Shown here: positions 1 through 13,508 of the stretch, one piece after another
Numbering within the stretch: the first letter of the stretch is position 1
How the letters are laid out: each line of letters opens with the position of its first letter
Assembly (NCBI RefSeq): GCF_006345805.1
Contig: NW_021834238.1
Coordinates: 1 to 64,000 of the forward strand
Length of the DNA stretch: 64,000 bases
DNA from: Octopus sinensis
Taxonomy: Eukaryota
Reading direction: 5' to 3'
Made by a program: the position numbers and the translations under genes
Notes under the pieces: model-generated
Told to the model about the DNA's origin: nothing
Seen by the model: the letters and a program-made list of their open reading frames with translations, nothing else
Database searches by the model: none

Positions 1-998
1 ACCTACACACACGATCACTCACTCACTTTTTACTCGCTTTTCATCATTACCTCGCTTTCTTACATTTGTGTTTACCATTACTTGCCTTGGAATTGATATC
101 TTAAACTTAAGAAGAATTATATACGAGCAGTGATCGTTATTTGACGACAAACTAGTTCGTTTTCTGTCGTATCAAATTCCGTCGTGACAGAATGTGTACA
201 CTTGCCTTCAACTGCTTGACGCCGTTGCATCAGTTCACAACAACAGAACAAAATGAAAAAAGAAAACGCTAAAGAAAGAGAGAGAGGAGAGAGAGAGAAT
301 GAATGAATGAATGAAAATCAAGCAGAAAAGAAGTAAGAAAACGAAAAATAAAAGCAGCAACAAATACACGTTCACACAGACCGAACGACAGTTGAAGGAT
401 GCTACAAGTTCGAAGGGCTACAACAAGAATACAGAAGACCCCAGTGTCCAGGGGTTGACGTGTTGCGGTAATCAAATCCAACAGAGCTGACATCAAATAC
501 AAGTACTTTCGTTCTCTGAAGCAATCAAAACTTCTGCTGCCTAAGGCAGACGGAATGGAAAGATGGTCTTCCATTTTAATTCCGTAACGACGTCATTTGA
601 ATAAGAAGAAATTCTTGTGAGATAATTTTCAACCTAACAGTAGACACAAGGGTATGGATGGAAGCGGTGTTGGAGTTGGAGAAATGATTGGTAAACATAG
701 TGTATAATTTACAAGTGATGAACAAAATACTGTTACAGCAAATCTCGGAATTTATTGGCGCTGGGTGAGGTGTTTGAATATGAAATAAGCTTTGTAACCT
801 GGTGGTCGTGAGTTCGAGTCCATTACGCAGAAATGTAGGATATCTATATTCTACCATAGACGTGAGCTAGCTGATATCTCATGACTGCAGACGTACGCTA
901 CCGTATATCTATAACTATTTATCTATCTATCTATCTATGTATCTCCCTCTCTTTCTCACTCTCTCTCTCTCTCTTTCTCTGTATATATATATATATAT

Positions 999-1474
999 CT
1001 TTCTTTGACTGCGGCCATGCTGGAGCATCACCTTTAGTCGGGCAAATCGACCCCAGAGCTTATTCTGTGTAACCCTAGTAATTATTCTATCGGTCACTTT
1101 TGCCGAACCGCTCACTTACGGGAACGTTAACACACCAGCATCGGTTGTCAAGTGATGTTGGGAGACAAACACAGAGACACAAACATATACACACACATTT
1201 ATATATATACACATACGACGGGCTTCTTCCAGTTTCCACCTACCAAATCCACTCACAAGTCTTTGGTCTCAGTTGGACTGAACCCATGACCATGTGGTTG
1301 GTAAGCAAGCTACTTTATTTTATCAAATTTGCCATAAAAGCAGTACGTAGAGTGAGGAATCTTGTGGGTTGGACACAGACATTAATGAGGTGAATGATAG
1401 TGATACAAGGATGATAAGGATGGGAGAAGACAAAAAACGCCCGCCGACTTACCACACATCCACTCCTGCGCCTA
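999..1474 (-). mobile_element. tRNA-derived SINE, family B (long form with internal CA/TA microsatellite), interrupted by a 131-bp insert
   Basis: Reverse complement matches the intact copy at 34567-34983: head GGCGCAGGAGTGG..GTGGTAAG, B-box-like GGTTCAGTCC, body GTGGATTTGGTAG, tail CCAGCATGGCCGCAGTC. Confidence 0.85.
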
Positions 1475-1481
1475 TATATAT

Positions 1482-1518
<37 letters not shown>

Positions 1519-1547
1519 CATATTCTTATATATGTATGCGTGTAAAA

Positions 1548-1779
1548 GGCGGCGAGCTGGCAGAAACGTTAGCACGCCGGGCGAAATGCGTAGCCGTATT
1601 TCGTCTGCAGTTACGTTCTGAGTTCAAATTCCGCCGAGGTCGACTTTGCCTTTCATCCTTTCGGGGTCGATAAATTAAGTACCAGTTGCGCACTGGGGTC
1701 GAAATAATCGACTTAATCCCTTTGTCTGTCCTTGTTTGTCCTCTCTGTGTTTAGCCCCCTGGTGGGTAGTAAAGAAATA
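1548..1779 (+). mobile_element. tRNA-derived SINE, family A, full-length monomer
   Basis: GGCGGCGAGCTGGCAGAAACGTTAG head, B-box-like GAGTTCAAATTCC, tail ...GTAAAGAAATA. Near-identical copies at 17249, 26237 and 63662. Confidence 0.9.
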
Positions 1780-1797
1780 TATATGTATGCGTGTATG

Positions 1798-1855
<58 letters not shown>

Positions 1856-1938
1856 TAGATAGATTGATAGATAGATAGATAGGTAGGTAGATGGATAGAT
1901 AGATAGATAGATGGATAGATAGATAGATGGATAGATAG

Positions 1939-1975
<37 letters not shown>

Positions 1976-2285
1976 TAGCTATATCACTGCCTCGACTAGA
2001 CTATGGGATGTTGTAAAATATCTCTGGTTAAAATACGCCTCTAATTCTAATGCTTCATTCTTTTCCATCTTCCCCCAAAATCGTTTCACTAAATCACCTT
2101 CTTCTCGTCGTCCGGCAACGGTACGGGTCCAACAGATAGCCAGCAGAACACTTCGTTTTGGTATTCTGCGATCACATCTCTTTACCTTCTCTGATCTCGT
2201 TTGTCTCTATGACCGTTGGCGCGCGTTTGTGTGTATGAGAATGTGTTTGTGTGTGTGAGTGCGTGCGTGTTTTTGTGTGTGTCTC

Positions 2286-2333
<48 letters not shown>

Positions 2334-3305
2334 CGTGTATGTGCCCGCATGCTTGCGTGTGAGTTGGCACGCGTTTGTGTGTATACTTGTTTGTATATGC
2401 AGTATGTATCAACGTAGAATACGAATAAAGATCATCCTGATCCGAGGTGAACTGGGGCTCAGAACATAACATTCGTGGCACTTGAGGCTGCTTTATTAAA
2501 CACGATCCACATTAGATCTATAATCATAACCGTCACTCACAATTATAGCATTAGCCCTATGCTTATGGATTTTGCTTCTGAAGCCCAATTTTTAATATAC
2601 GATGTGTTGTGCGGCAATTTGGTGAAGTGTAGTAGGACATCCAAGGAAAATGATTTGAGAAGCATTGAGATTATTATACACATAACGCCATGGTGCAAGC
2701 TTGATCACTGATTCTGCATGAATAAAATAATTATTCTTAGGTTTCATGCATTTTCACAATCCTCAGGATTTATACTGTAATAAATAACATATGAGTAGTT
2801 CTGTTGATTAAACAACTGAAACATTCTTTCGTCAAAATTGATGGGGATATCAATCAAACACTGTGGTTATTTGTTGCGCAAATATTAGTAATGTAATATA
2901 TTCAACTATACGCAGAAACAGTGTAAATGTTTGGTTTGATAATATTAAATGGCTTACTGAACACAGAATTGTGCATTGTGCTTACGCAGTAATTGTCAAT
3001 CTCTAACTGTGGTTTCAAAATTTGGTGCAGTATCAGTAATTTAAGTGGGTTGACAAAGTCGATTACAGCGACTTCTGTGCATGAATTATACCTGTATTAT
3101 CGTCCACGAGATGATGAAGAGCAATGTCGTCCTCAGCAGAATTTGAACTTGAGCATAAGACGAGGAAAACATTCTATGAGATAATTTGCCCGATTCACCC
3201 CTCAACACCAGCTTCTCAAAATCTAACACTATGTACAGGACATTTTCAGTGTCTCTTCTTCTTCTCCTTCTTGTTCTCTCTCTCTTTCTCCTTTTGTGTG
3301 TGTGT

Positions 3306-3388
<83 letters not shown>

Positions 3389-4349
3389 CATGGATCAAAC
3401 ATGCACACGTACGCTTCTGAAAAAAATAGTGGCTCGTTTCATTGATTCCAATATACTGTCACCTAACGCAGTGTTCGTTCTGTTATCATAGTTACCTCTT
3501 TCTCTCTCTCATTCCCTATATCTTCTCTAAGACGTGTCTTTCTGAAAGAGCATATATGTATTCCGGAATTTACGTACATTATATATAATAATGACGTGTT
3601 TATCGGTCATTCTTGCACCTACTTTTTTCTCCATCACCCTCTCCGTAAAACAAGGAATCTAGGCTCCATGCCAGCTGTAAAACACATGGGAGCACACACA
3701 TACAGGAAAACGAGGTGCTGAAAAAACAATATAAAACATTTCCAGCACAGAAATAATGGATGTACTTTTATGCAGGAGGGATGAATAGCTCGAGGCATCG
3801 ACCCAGTAATTTACTGGTATTTATTTTTATGAAAACCTGAAAATACAGAAATGAAAGTTAATACGGACTAAATTTGAACTCAGATCACCTGAACATAAAG
3901 ATGCGTTAATAAATACCACAAGAAAATTATTTACAAATCTCCTTATAGCACAAACAAAAACACGGGCAGTAGAGAAAGAACAAGTCCAAAACCAACGAGA
4001 ACAAAATTAACAATTATCTTTACAGTTATTCTTCAAGTTAATTAATAGTTTGTATTCCAAATGTACCGAATGCGTCAGAGAATCATTACTTCCAAGAATA
4101 TAGATAAACCAAGCAACGCATATTTTTTTTTCTCTTCTGCTACAGAATATAAATCTCAATTTTTGTTTTGTATATTTTTTTTTTGGCGGGATATTTTCGT
4201 TAATAGCCTTTATAAGAAACGGCCTCTCTCCCTTTCTCTCTGTCTCCAGTTCCGTTCCATCTTAATCTATGGATACCAGCAAATAGTTTGCCGTCTCCTC
4301 ACACAGCTTTCCAAGTGCCTATACATACACAAGAGTAACTCACACATAC

Positions 4350-4425
4350 ACCGATATATATATATTTATATCTATATACATACATACATATATATATATA
4401 TATATTATAGAATATATAATATATA

Positions 4426-4467
<42 letters not shown>

Positions 4468-4474
4468 TATATAG

Positions 4475-4506
<32 letters not shown>

Positions 4507-4535
4507 ATATATATGTATGTATATATATATATATG

Positions 4536-4578
<43 letters not shown>

Positions 4579-4650
4579 TGTATTTATATATATATATATA
4601 TGTGTGTATATATGTCTGCATGTCTGTATGCGTATACATATATGATAAAT
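4350..4650. repeat. compound (TA)n/(TACA)n microsatellite, representative of dozens of similar tracts
   Basis: Direct reading of the sequence. Confidence 0.95.
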
Positions 4651-5635
4651 TTATTTTAATATGTATCATAACCATTGATTCTTCCAGCCTATATTTTCGT
4701 TAATGTATTTAGTTATAGCTATTCTAAGTACTTACGCTTTTTTCTTCCTTTATTATAATGATTTCTTTTCCTTTTTTTTATTTATTTTTCGCCTTTTTAC
4801 TGCCCCATCTTTATATTATTTCTTTTGCTTAGTTTTGTCTTCTTTTTCCCATGCTCCTACTGATTTATTTCAGACATGAGATATAACGAAATGTTTATCT
4901 TATAGAATCACACGCAAACCTTTAGTACTGTTGTAAGTTTTCTTTGACAGTTTTACGACAACTAATTTCCGTTTTTTTAATATCACCCAATTTTTCTTTG
5001 CTTTATATTTTTGGGTTCATTTTCTAGTTTTTCTTAACATGAATCACGCATATTTCTCTCATATTAAACTCCATACAAATGCATATTTCTCTCATATTAA
5101 ATTCTCTATAAATGCATGTATACAAGTATATAAGGGTTTCTTTTTTTTTTCTAACTGGAAGAACTAGTAGAAATAGGAGAAGGAATGGGAATAAGAATGG
5201 GAAGAAAGAAGGAGGAAGAATCGGAGACGAGATTAGAAATATATAGCGGTAGGTAAAGCGTTACATGGAGAAACAATGGTTATGTATATTCCTTTAAACG
5301 TTCAATTCTGATTCTTAGTTTGGTACATTCATAGGCATTTCCGGTTCAATAAATTTACCATACATCAACCAGATGTGCGTTTATACATGGACATTTATAT
5401 TCGTGTAACATCGTCTGATTTTCCGTCCTTGTTTCGTATTCATTAGATGCTTTCTTCCAAGGACTGGCCAGATTGGAGCAATCTCAAAATTAATCAGCCG
5501 AAATTGCGAGGATGATCCTGTTCTTGACTGAGGATAGAAAGCTTCGAATGACCCGTTTTGCTGTCCCTTTTTGTTTTTGCATCACATAGCTGTCCGGAAG
5601 TTTTGCGTTCTTGTCCCATTTGGTATTTCATTTAT

Positions 5636-5745
<110 letters not shown>

Positions 5746-6793
5746 ATGTATATAGTACAATCTCGTTAGTTTCGTAAGAAAGGTCATAGCTTATTTCTCT
5801 TTTATACCCTTTTAGTTTCCAAGATCTTTGAGTGTAGTGAAAATGTGGAAGACGATGATTATGCTCGGAGACAACAGCTGACACAGTTGGTGGCAAGAAA
5901 CTTACGCTCCTCTAAATTTACCCAACGATCAAGTGGTATTTCCATGTGAATAAAAGATGACATCTGCCAAAATAGGATTCAGAGCATAAGAGTTTTGAAC
6001 CAATACTGTAAGATATCCTGCCATGCGGAACATTAACAATTCTTACAATCCGTTGGAGAGGATTTTTTTTATTTTATTGTACCGACCTTGCAGGGATTAT
6101 GTATATATATATATATATACGAGCAAAAAGCTCCTCGTCCAATGGACGGTGCTGAGTTGTCAAACATTTAGACAAAATTTTCTCAAAATAACTTGTCCGA
6201 CGAGAAACACTGATTTAACCTAAATTTGTGACACCAGCAAAAGGAGAAGTAAAGACATACTTTTTTCTCTTCCAAGAGCAACGAATTTATAAATGCACGT
6301 TCCCACGGCTTTGTCGATCGCATTTTCACCTGCAATCGATTTTTGTAATTTTTTCAAGACTTATACACGCCCTGATACCGTCGGGATATACATATCAAAT
6401 CTCAGCGCAATCGGATGGAGGATGCCGGAGATCCTAGAAGACTCGCAGACAGACAGTCAGAACGGATTTTATATAATATATATATATATATACATATATA
6501 TATAGATGTATATAGATATATATATAGATGTATATACACACACAAACACACACACACACATACATATGTTTATATATATAAACGTTTTTATGTTTCTACT
6601 GGTTGCAATTATTTGACTTGAGACCTACTGGGGCAACACCTTGAAGGGTCTTATTTGAACAAATCGATCCCAGACTAGTTATTTTAAGCCTGGCATTTAT
6701 TCTATCGATCATTTGTACCAAACCGCTAGCCTATGGGGACGTAAAGACACTATATCGGTTGTTGAGTGGTGCTGGAGGACAAACACAGACATA

Positions 6794-6985
6794 AATTCAC
6801 CCAGACCGTTAGCCACAACACACATTTGTTTCTCTTCTTGTTTCTTTCTGTTTCCCTTTCTGTAGAAGAGCGTAGGCTCGAAACGTAAAAGACTTGTTCT
6901 ATTCCTGAGCGTTATACTAATATATCTGTTTGTTTTGTACACAACCGGTCTTCGTCTTTTGTTTTTTCGTAAACTCTCCTTATAT
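6794..6985 (+). mobile_element. non-coding Penelope-like (pLTR-type) tail fragment with hammerhead motif
   Basis: Pyrimidine-rich leader, HHR-like motif and T-rich tail ending in TATAT. Inserted in a dinucleotide repeat. The Penelope assignment is inferred from the HHR type. Confidence 0.55.
6856..6891 (+). ncRNA. minimal type I hammerhead ribozyme-like motif (A6U core variant)
   Basis: CTTT-CTGTAGA-A-GAGC(GTAG)GCTC-GAAACGT-A-AAAG: helix I CTTT/AAAG, helix II GAGC/GCTC, palindromic ACGT in place of helix III. Confidence 0.6.
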
Positions 6986-7190
6986 GCATGTGTGCGTGTG
7001 TGTGTGTGTGTGTGCGTGTGCATTTACGATGGGCTTCTTTCAGTTTGTCTCTACCAAAATCACTCACAAGGTTTTGGTCAGCTCCAAGCTATAGAAGAAG
7101 TTACTTGCCGAAGTTGGAACCTAGTGGGACTGAACACGGAACCATGTGGTTGGGGTGGAAGGTTCTTACAACTACACCTGCGAGACTATG

Positions 7191-7222
<32 letters not shown>

Positions 7223-7262
7223 AAGAGGGAGAGAGAGATACAAATGTGTGAATATATATTTA

Positions 7263-7301
<39 letters not shown>

Positions 7302-7806
7302 TATATAAATTTGATCTGGTCCAATTCAGAGATCTTGAAATGAATTGATACTGATACTACAACTCCTATGTTTAGAAAAACGACTACAAACCATTGAGAA
7401 ATATTCCATGATATTTCTTCACTATCAACAAAAGGTATCCAAATGTCATGCAAATCACTACGTCGTCTTACAAGCTGAAAGATACATTTATCTATGAATT
7501 ATATACATATATGTAATTGTCCACTATGGCCGCCGAGACTGCTAGATCACGTGTTTTCTGCCTTTCTAGATATTGACAATCACTAACATCTGCGGCTAGA
7601 CATACCAGCCGATTCCACAGTCCGCGATACATATAGAATCTCAGTATCTATTCAGGCACTAATATCGCAAAAACACAGTGAGGTTATAAGAAAATTAATA
7701 GAGCCAGGAGCTGTATCATTCCCACAAGTTAATGTTTACCTTACACTTAATGTTTATATGCATAAACATATATGTATGTATATTTGTATGTATGAACGTA
7801 CGTATG

Positions 7807-7856
<50 letters not shown>

Positions 7857-8224
7857 CGCGCGTGTGTGTGTGTGTATGTATGTGTGTGTATATGTATATA
7901 ATGTATATATTTATACATACATACGTACATATGCAGACATATATATATATGAATATACAAAATATCTACGTAACTGTATACGTGTATCTTTGTACGTGCA
8001 TGCGTATATAAGAGATCAGGCAACGATAAGAATGCCGATGAACGAATATTTACTATACATATCGAATTAAATCTGTGTAAATAAATTTAATGTGAGGTCG
8101 CGCAGGTTAATAACTTAGAAATTTATGTAAAGAGACATTTAAATATTCTAGAATTTAAAGCATGTTAATATCATTAAGATTTAGATTTAATAACTTTTCT
8201 ACTGCCCAAAAGGATGTAACCATG

Positions 8225-8358
8225 AATTATTATCATTGTTATTATTATTGGTGTTGTTGTTGCTGTTGTTATTATTATTATTATATTATTATTATTATAT
8301 TATTATTATTATCATCATCATCATCATTATGATTATTATTATATTATTATTATTATTA

Positions 8359-8398
<40 letters not shown>

Positions 8399-8450
8399 GT
8401 TGTTGTTATTATTATTATCGTTACTATTGTTGTTGTTGCTATTATTGTAT
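8225..8450. repeat. compound (ATT)n/(TGT)n/(ATC)n trinucleotide microsatellite
   Basis: Direct reading of the sequence. Confidence 0.95.
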
Positions 8451-9133
8451 GAGATTTGCGTTCTTTCCGTCCATTTCTTGTTAATATTGATTTAAGTTTT
8501 TTTGGAAGTATATAACTGATTAAGTGAATTGTGTGGTTCCGAATACATAATTCGGCTCGTATGTTTGAGATTAAATGATTTTCGCAGTAATTTTAATGTG
8601 TTTGAATTCAGAGAAGTTAAAATGAGTTGATGCGTATACTACAACACCTATTAATAATAAACGAAAAAAGACAATTGCAGGACATTTCATGATACTCCTT
8701 TACTGGCAAGAAATGGTTTCTTAATACCACTTAAATAACACACAATTATGTCAGTCGTGGAAAGACATTTTTAATGTCTGAATAAAATAAAATATATTTC
8801 ACAGCCGAAGTGATTTTGGTCGCACTTCAGCTCAAATAAATCTTAATTAAATCACATCTCACTGTTTTCCAAATAATTAGAGAGCATTTGGTAACGTTGT
8901 TCTTGATAAAGTGAAAAAGAATGACGTGATTATCATGAGAAATATATTACTGATAATAAGAATGCTTGAAAAGAAATTATCCACTGCTTAAAAATAATAA
9001 ATCAAATGAAAATAACAAAATATAACAAAAACATGCAAAATTCTATATCATATACTTCCAGATGGGACCATGGTCCACTGGATTGGCATTAATGGCTAGG
9101 CCTTCAGTGATTTTATTTAGTTTTTCTTTCGAA

Positions 9134-9361
9134 CAGTGATACTCAACCAATTTTACCTATGGATTTCTTTGATTCCTATTTTACTCAAATGAACTATCCT
9201 AGTCATACGATATTTTTATAATTGAATATTATTAGGAACTGTAGAAAATTGTTAAAATATTTGCTGTATTTAAGGAGTATAACCAATTTATTGCCCATAA
9301 AGTTTAACAAAATCTTATATGGACACAAAAGATTCATATGGACACCGATTGAGAACCACTG
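9134..9361. mobile_element. hAT (Charlie/Buster-type) MITE, about 228 bp
   Basis: Left end CAGTGATACTCAACC and right end GATTGAGAACCACTG (reverse complement CAGTGGTTCTCAATC). Flanking 8-mers CTTTCGAA and ACTTAGAA match at 5/8, consistent with an aged 8-bp TSD. Confidence 0.6.
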
Positions 9362-11069
9362 ACTTAGAATACTAAAGAATACTTTAGAGATATTAGTAAC
9401 GACACGTAACACTATGCCACACCGTCTTTCCTTTTTCTTCTTTTCCCTGTTCATTACGGTTACCTATATCCCAGACTTCATTTAGAGAATTTATCCTTTT
9501 ATTATTTTACATAGGTTAAGATTACATTGCGATTTTGGAATTAGAAATATTTTTATCGTCCATCGCTTGTGTTTTTAATGTGCTATGTCTATGAGGTACA
9601 TTGGTATTTTCTTCAATAATAATATTATGCAAATTTATCTATAAGTCTATATTCGGGTATTTTCCTGAACTAAACAGCGGAGTTTAATCCATTTGCTATA
9701 TTTAGCACTCAGTTGTGCTTGTGTTCGATTACTGAGAGGTTTTATGTGGTTACACATCAATTGTTCATCTTTGTCTGATCTCCAGTTTACTTTATCTGTT
9801 GACATTCGGATCTCCTGAGGTTCGATGTTTATTACAAGGCATATTGGTGATTGTTATGTATATTTATTGGAAGTTGAATAAAAGGTTAATAAAGTGTCAT
9901 ATATCAATTTATAAATCCTTCCTTCTAATATGGTTTGCATTTACCATATGATACAAAGGATAATGTACACCTCTAAGATAATTCAATACAGCTGTTTGCA
10001 TCTCCACAGTGGTAGATATGATCAATATGCTTTCAGTGAAATGATTTTATACCTAAAAGTTACACGCCTCTGATGATTTAACAATACGACTTGCTGCAGT
10101 TTACATAATAACCTTGTGTTCCAGAACCACACGTAAATGGTGTAACTAAGAAACATATAAACAATCTCCCGTATTTTGTTTTATTTTCTACGTGTGTTAT
10201 TTCTAAATAGCCAAACACTCGTTTTGTAAGGGATGTTGAACAGGAATACATATAGCGTGCTGAATACTTGTTACATCTGGCTTAATAAAAAATTGAGATT
10301 TCCCTGGAAGAATATATATACACATATAAATATGATCCGCCTGCACAGCTCTAGTGCATCAGGCTATTTATGTATTGCGTGTATGTGAGTGTGTGCGTGT
10401 ATGTATACAAACACATAGATGTATACACTGCACCATTTATCGAGTACAAAGCATATTTGAACGCATATGTGTGTGTGCAGCTATAGTGTGTGAGTGTGCA
10501 GATGCAATATATGTGAATGCAGAGGGTCGAACGTCTGAGATATGGCTAAAATATTGATATTACACTAAAATCTTCATATGTTATGTACTTATAATTCCTG
10601 TTCGACTTCAACTTTGATTCCTTTTTGTAACGTTATACAGAAACCTTTATCTTAGCAGTTAACATTTTTCATTTAACTTGGCATATGTCACTTGTCTTGT
10701 CAGACATATTTCTCTTGATCGTAACATTTGCTTCAGCTGTTTTCTTTCTCTTTTCTTTCATTTTTTTTATTGTTTTCTTATTACTCTTCTTCAGAATATT
10801 CCCACCCGGGTTTGGCATTCAATAAAAGGTTTCTAATAGATTTCACACCTAATCTTGGCAGTTTGCCTGCATATTCTTCGACGTTAAAGACCCATTTTGC
10901 TTCATTGTTGTAATTCAACAAAATAAACCATTAGAAAACAGACCCAAAAAAAATATGAGCGTAGAAAATACACAATATTCGATACTCAATTGCTTTTTTC
11001 CTAAATAGTTTTGACGTTATCTCCATTTACTTAACTCATTACATCCATTTGTATTTCCCATCCAAACTG

Positions 11070-11133
<64 letters not shown>

Positions 11134-11250
11134 GAGGAAGAGAGAGAGAGACAAAGAGAGTGAAAGAGATACATATATAATACATATAAAATTATACATA
11201 AATATATATGCACGCGCATACACTCGCGCACACACATATATATGTGTATG

Positions 11251-11310
<60 letters not shown>

Positions 11311-11799
11311 TTCAGCAAAATTTAGATTCAAATGAATATGGTACTTAAGTCAGATGCACCAGAATTTAGTACGGTGCTATCCACATAAATCCATGGGTTA
11401 ATTATAATCAAAATAAGTAACAAGAATATCTTCGGTAATTTGGTAAGATCGAACCAAATCGATATATATATATATATAATTGTAAGAAAGAGAGATTGAG
11501 GATTTGATGCACTTCGAAGAATACATCCTCGGACGAGTTGTGAATGAAGATTCAATACTTAACAAAAAGAGAAAAATCAAATTATGCATTGCTGCCTTAC
11601 GTTGTTGTTAATACATTCGGACATCACACCCGACTGGTTTGGAGCTCGACCCTACTACGTGACGTCGTATGTAGCATTCTCGAACAATCTGCCGCTGACC
11701 AAATGTTTTATTGTTTTATTGTAATATTTTTTAGTGACTATGACTTGCTGGAGGTACTATTGCAAGATATATTTTTATATACTCCTAAGTACCTGTAGT

Positions 11800-11878
11800 G
11801 GAGGCACATGGCTTAGTGGTTAGATCAACGGACTCGGGGTCGAGGGATCGCGGGTTCGAATTTCAGATCGGGCGAAGT
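11800..11878 (+). mobile_element. tRNA-like SINE head, family C (related to 41498)
   Basis: GGAGGCACATGGCTTAGTGG A-box region and GGGTTCGAATT B-box. Similar to the head at 41498. Confidence 0.65.
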
Positions 11879-11915
11879 GTAGTACAACACGGTAGGTGGT
11901 GGGTTCAAATATTAA

Positions 11916-12107
11916 GGCGGCGAGCTGGAAGAAACGTTAGCACGCCGGGCGAAATGCTTAGAGATATTTCGTCTGTTTACATGTTCTCAGTTCAAATTCT
12001 GTCGAGGTCGACTTTGCCTTTCATCCTTTCAGGGGCGATAAATTAAGCACCGGTTGTGTACTGGTGTCAAACTAATTGACTGGTCCCCTCTAGTGTAGAA
12101 AAGAATA
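11916..12107 (+). mobile_element. family A-related SINE with alternative tail (...AGAAAAGAATA)
   Basis: Family A head and core. The tail differs and resembles unit 3 of the 61-kb trimer. Confidence 0.8.
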
Positions 12108-13465
12108 AGTAGGATTAGCTGTTCATGTCATATGTCAGAGAATGGCATCAAATACACTAGATACTTCAAAGTACTTCAAAGGAATATAATCGAATATGAT
12201 GCCTGCCAAGAATGTGTGACCGTTTGTCAAAATTGGATATCATTGTTTTCATTACAACTATTAGCTGCTTTCATTTAGCACCAGAAACTTAGCAAACTAT
12301 GGCACAAGGCCAGGTAAGTCGATTATATTGTCTCCAGTACTCAACTGGTATAAATTTTATTAGCTCCGAAAGAATGAAAGGCAAAGTTGCAATTTGAACT
12401 CAGAGCGTAAAAACGGCTGTGCCAGCTCACCACTGCCTTACCAGAACTTTAGTTTTGGCATACAGTTGTGAAACATTCGGGACAAAAACCAAGATTTGTT
12501 ATATACTGTTAAAATATACTAGCATGTCTAGAAAGATTTCAAAAAGCTCGTTAAAGCAACAATAACTAGAAACACTTTATTACACAAGCCTCCAGGTAAT
12601 CCTGTACACAGTCGCTCAGCTTGGCAGAAATAGCAGCCATATCTACTTCCCAGTACAGACAGCTGTTTCTGAAAATGGACTTGCAATTTCGAAACAAAAA
12701 TAAAAATAGGGAAGATCTATAGAATCTTCGACCGGGGTCATTGCTCTTTACGATCAAGGCCACCATACATAAGATTCAACAATACCAGCAAGAATAACTA
12801 CTTCAATATGTATAGATAAATACAGATAAAATCTGGCTGGTTGACTTTATCGAAACAGCAGCATATTTTTTGATATGTAGTCTTACACGCACTTGGAATC
12901 AATTGGAATTGTGAAATTCCTTATAGCGCAAAAATAAAATAGGGATGGTCACACTTAGAACGACTATAAACAAAGAACAAAGATGTGCTCGACCAGAGTT
13001 AACATGGGAATAAACAAGAACAGCTGCAAAAATAGATGTGTGTGGGTATATGTATGTATGAATGTATGTTTATATATATATATATATATATATGTATGTA
13101 CAAATATGTATGTAGGTATAATATATATATATATATATATATATATCTAAATAAGCAAAAGTTATACAAAGAGAAAAAAATATATTGAGTGTGAGAGGGA
13201 AGTGTAAAGTAAGGAAAGGCTAGTGGGAGAAATGGTTTATGTGTGAACCTGTCAAAGTGAAAAACCTGTCAATGTAAGGAATAATAAATGATAGTTAAAG
13301 AAACGGGGGCAGGCAGGCTATATTTTAGTTTAAAAAGAGAAAAATTCGATATTAATGGCTAAGGTTATTTTTAGGAAAATATATTATATATAAGGGTGTA
13401 TATATATATATATTATATATATATGTATATATATATATACATATATATACATGTATATATGTATG

Positions 13466-13508
<43 letters not shown>

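Larger units (their letters stand above)
6612..7182 (-). mobile_element. family B SINE, diverged, carrying a nested Penelope-like tail
   Basis: Head, body and tail align by eye to 34567-34983 on the minus strand. A foreign segment at about 6794-6985 sits in its internal microsatellite. Confidence 0.8.

Noticed and set aside
5500-5560. CTGAGGA..GAA(AGC)TTC-GAAT motif
   Set aside because: No GAAA, no cleavage triplet and no convincing helix I.
12566-12766. Protein-like minus-strand ORF (..CLYWEVDMAAISAKLSDCVQDYLEAC..) with a possible acceptor
   Set aside because: No recognisable family and no partner exons.
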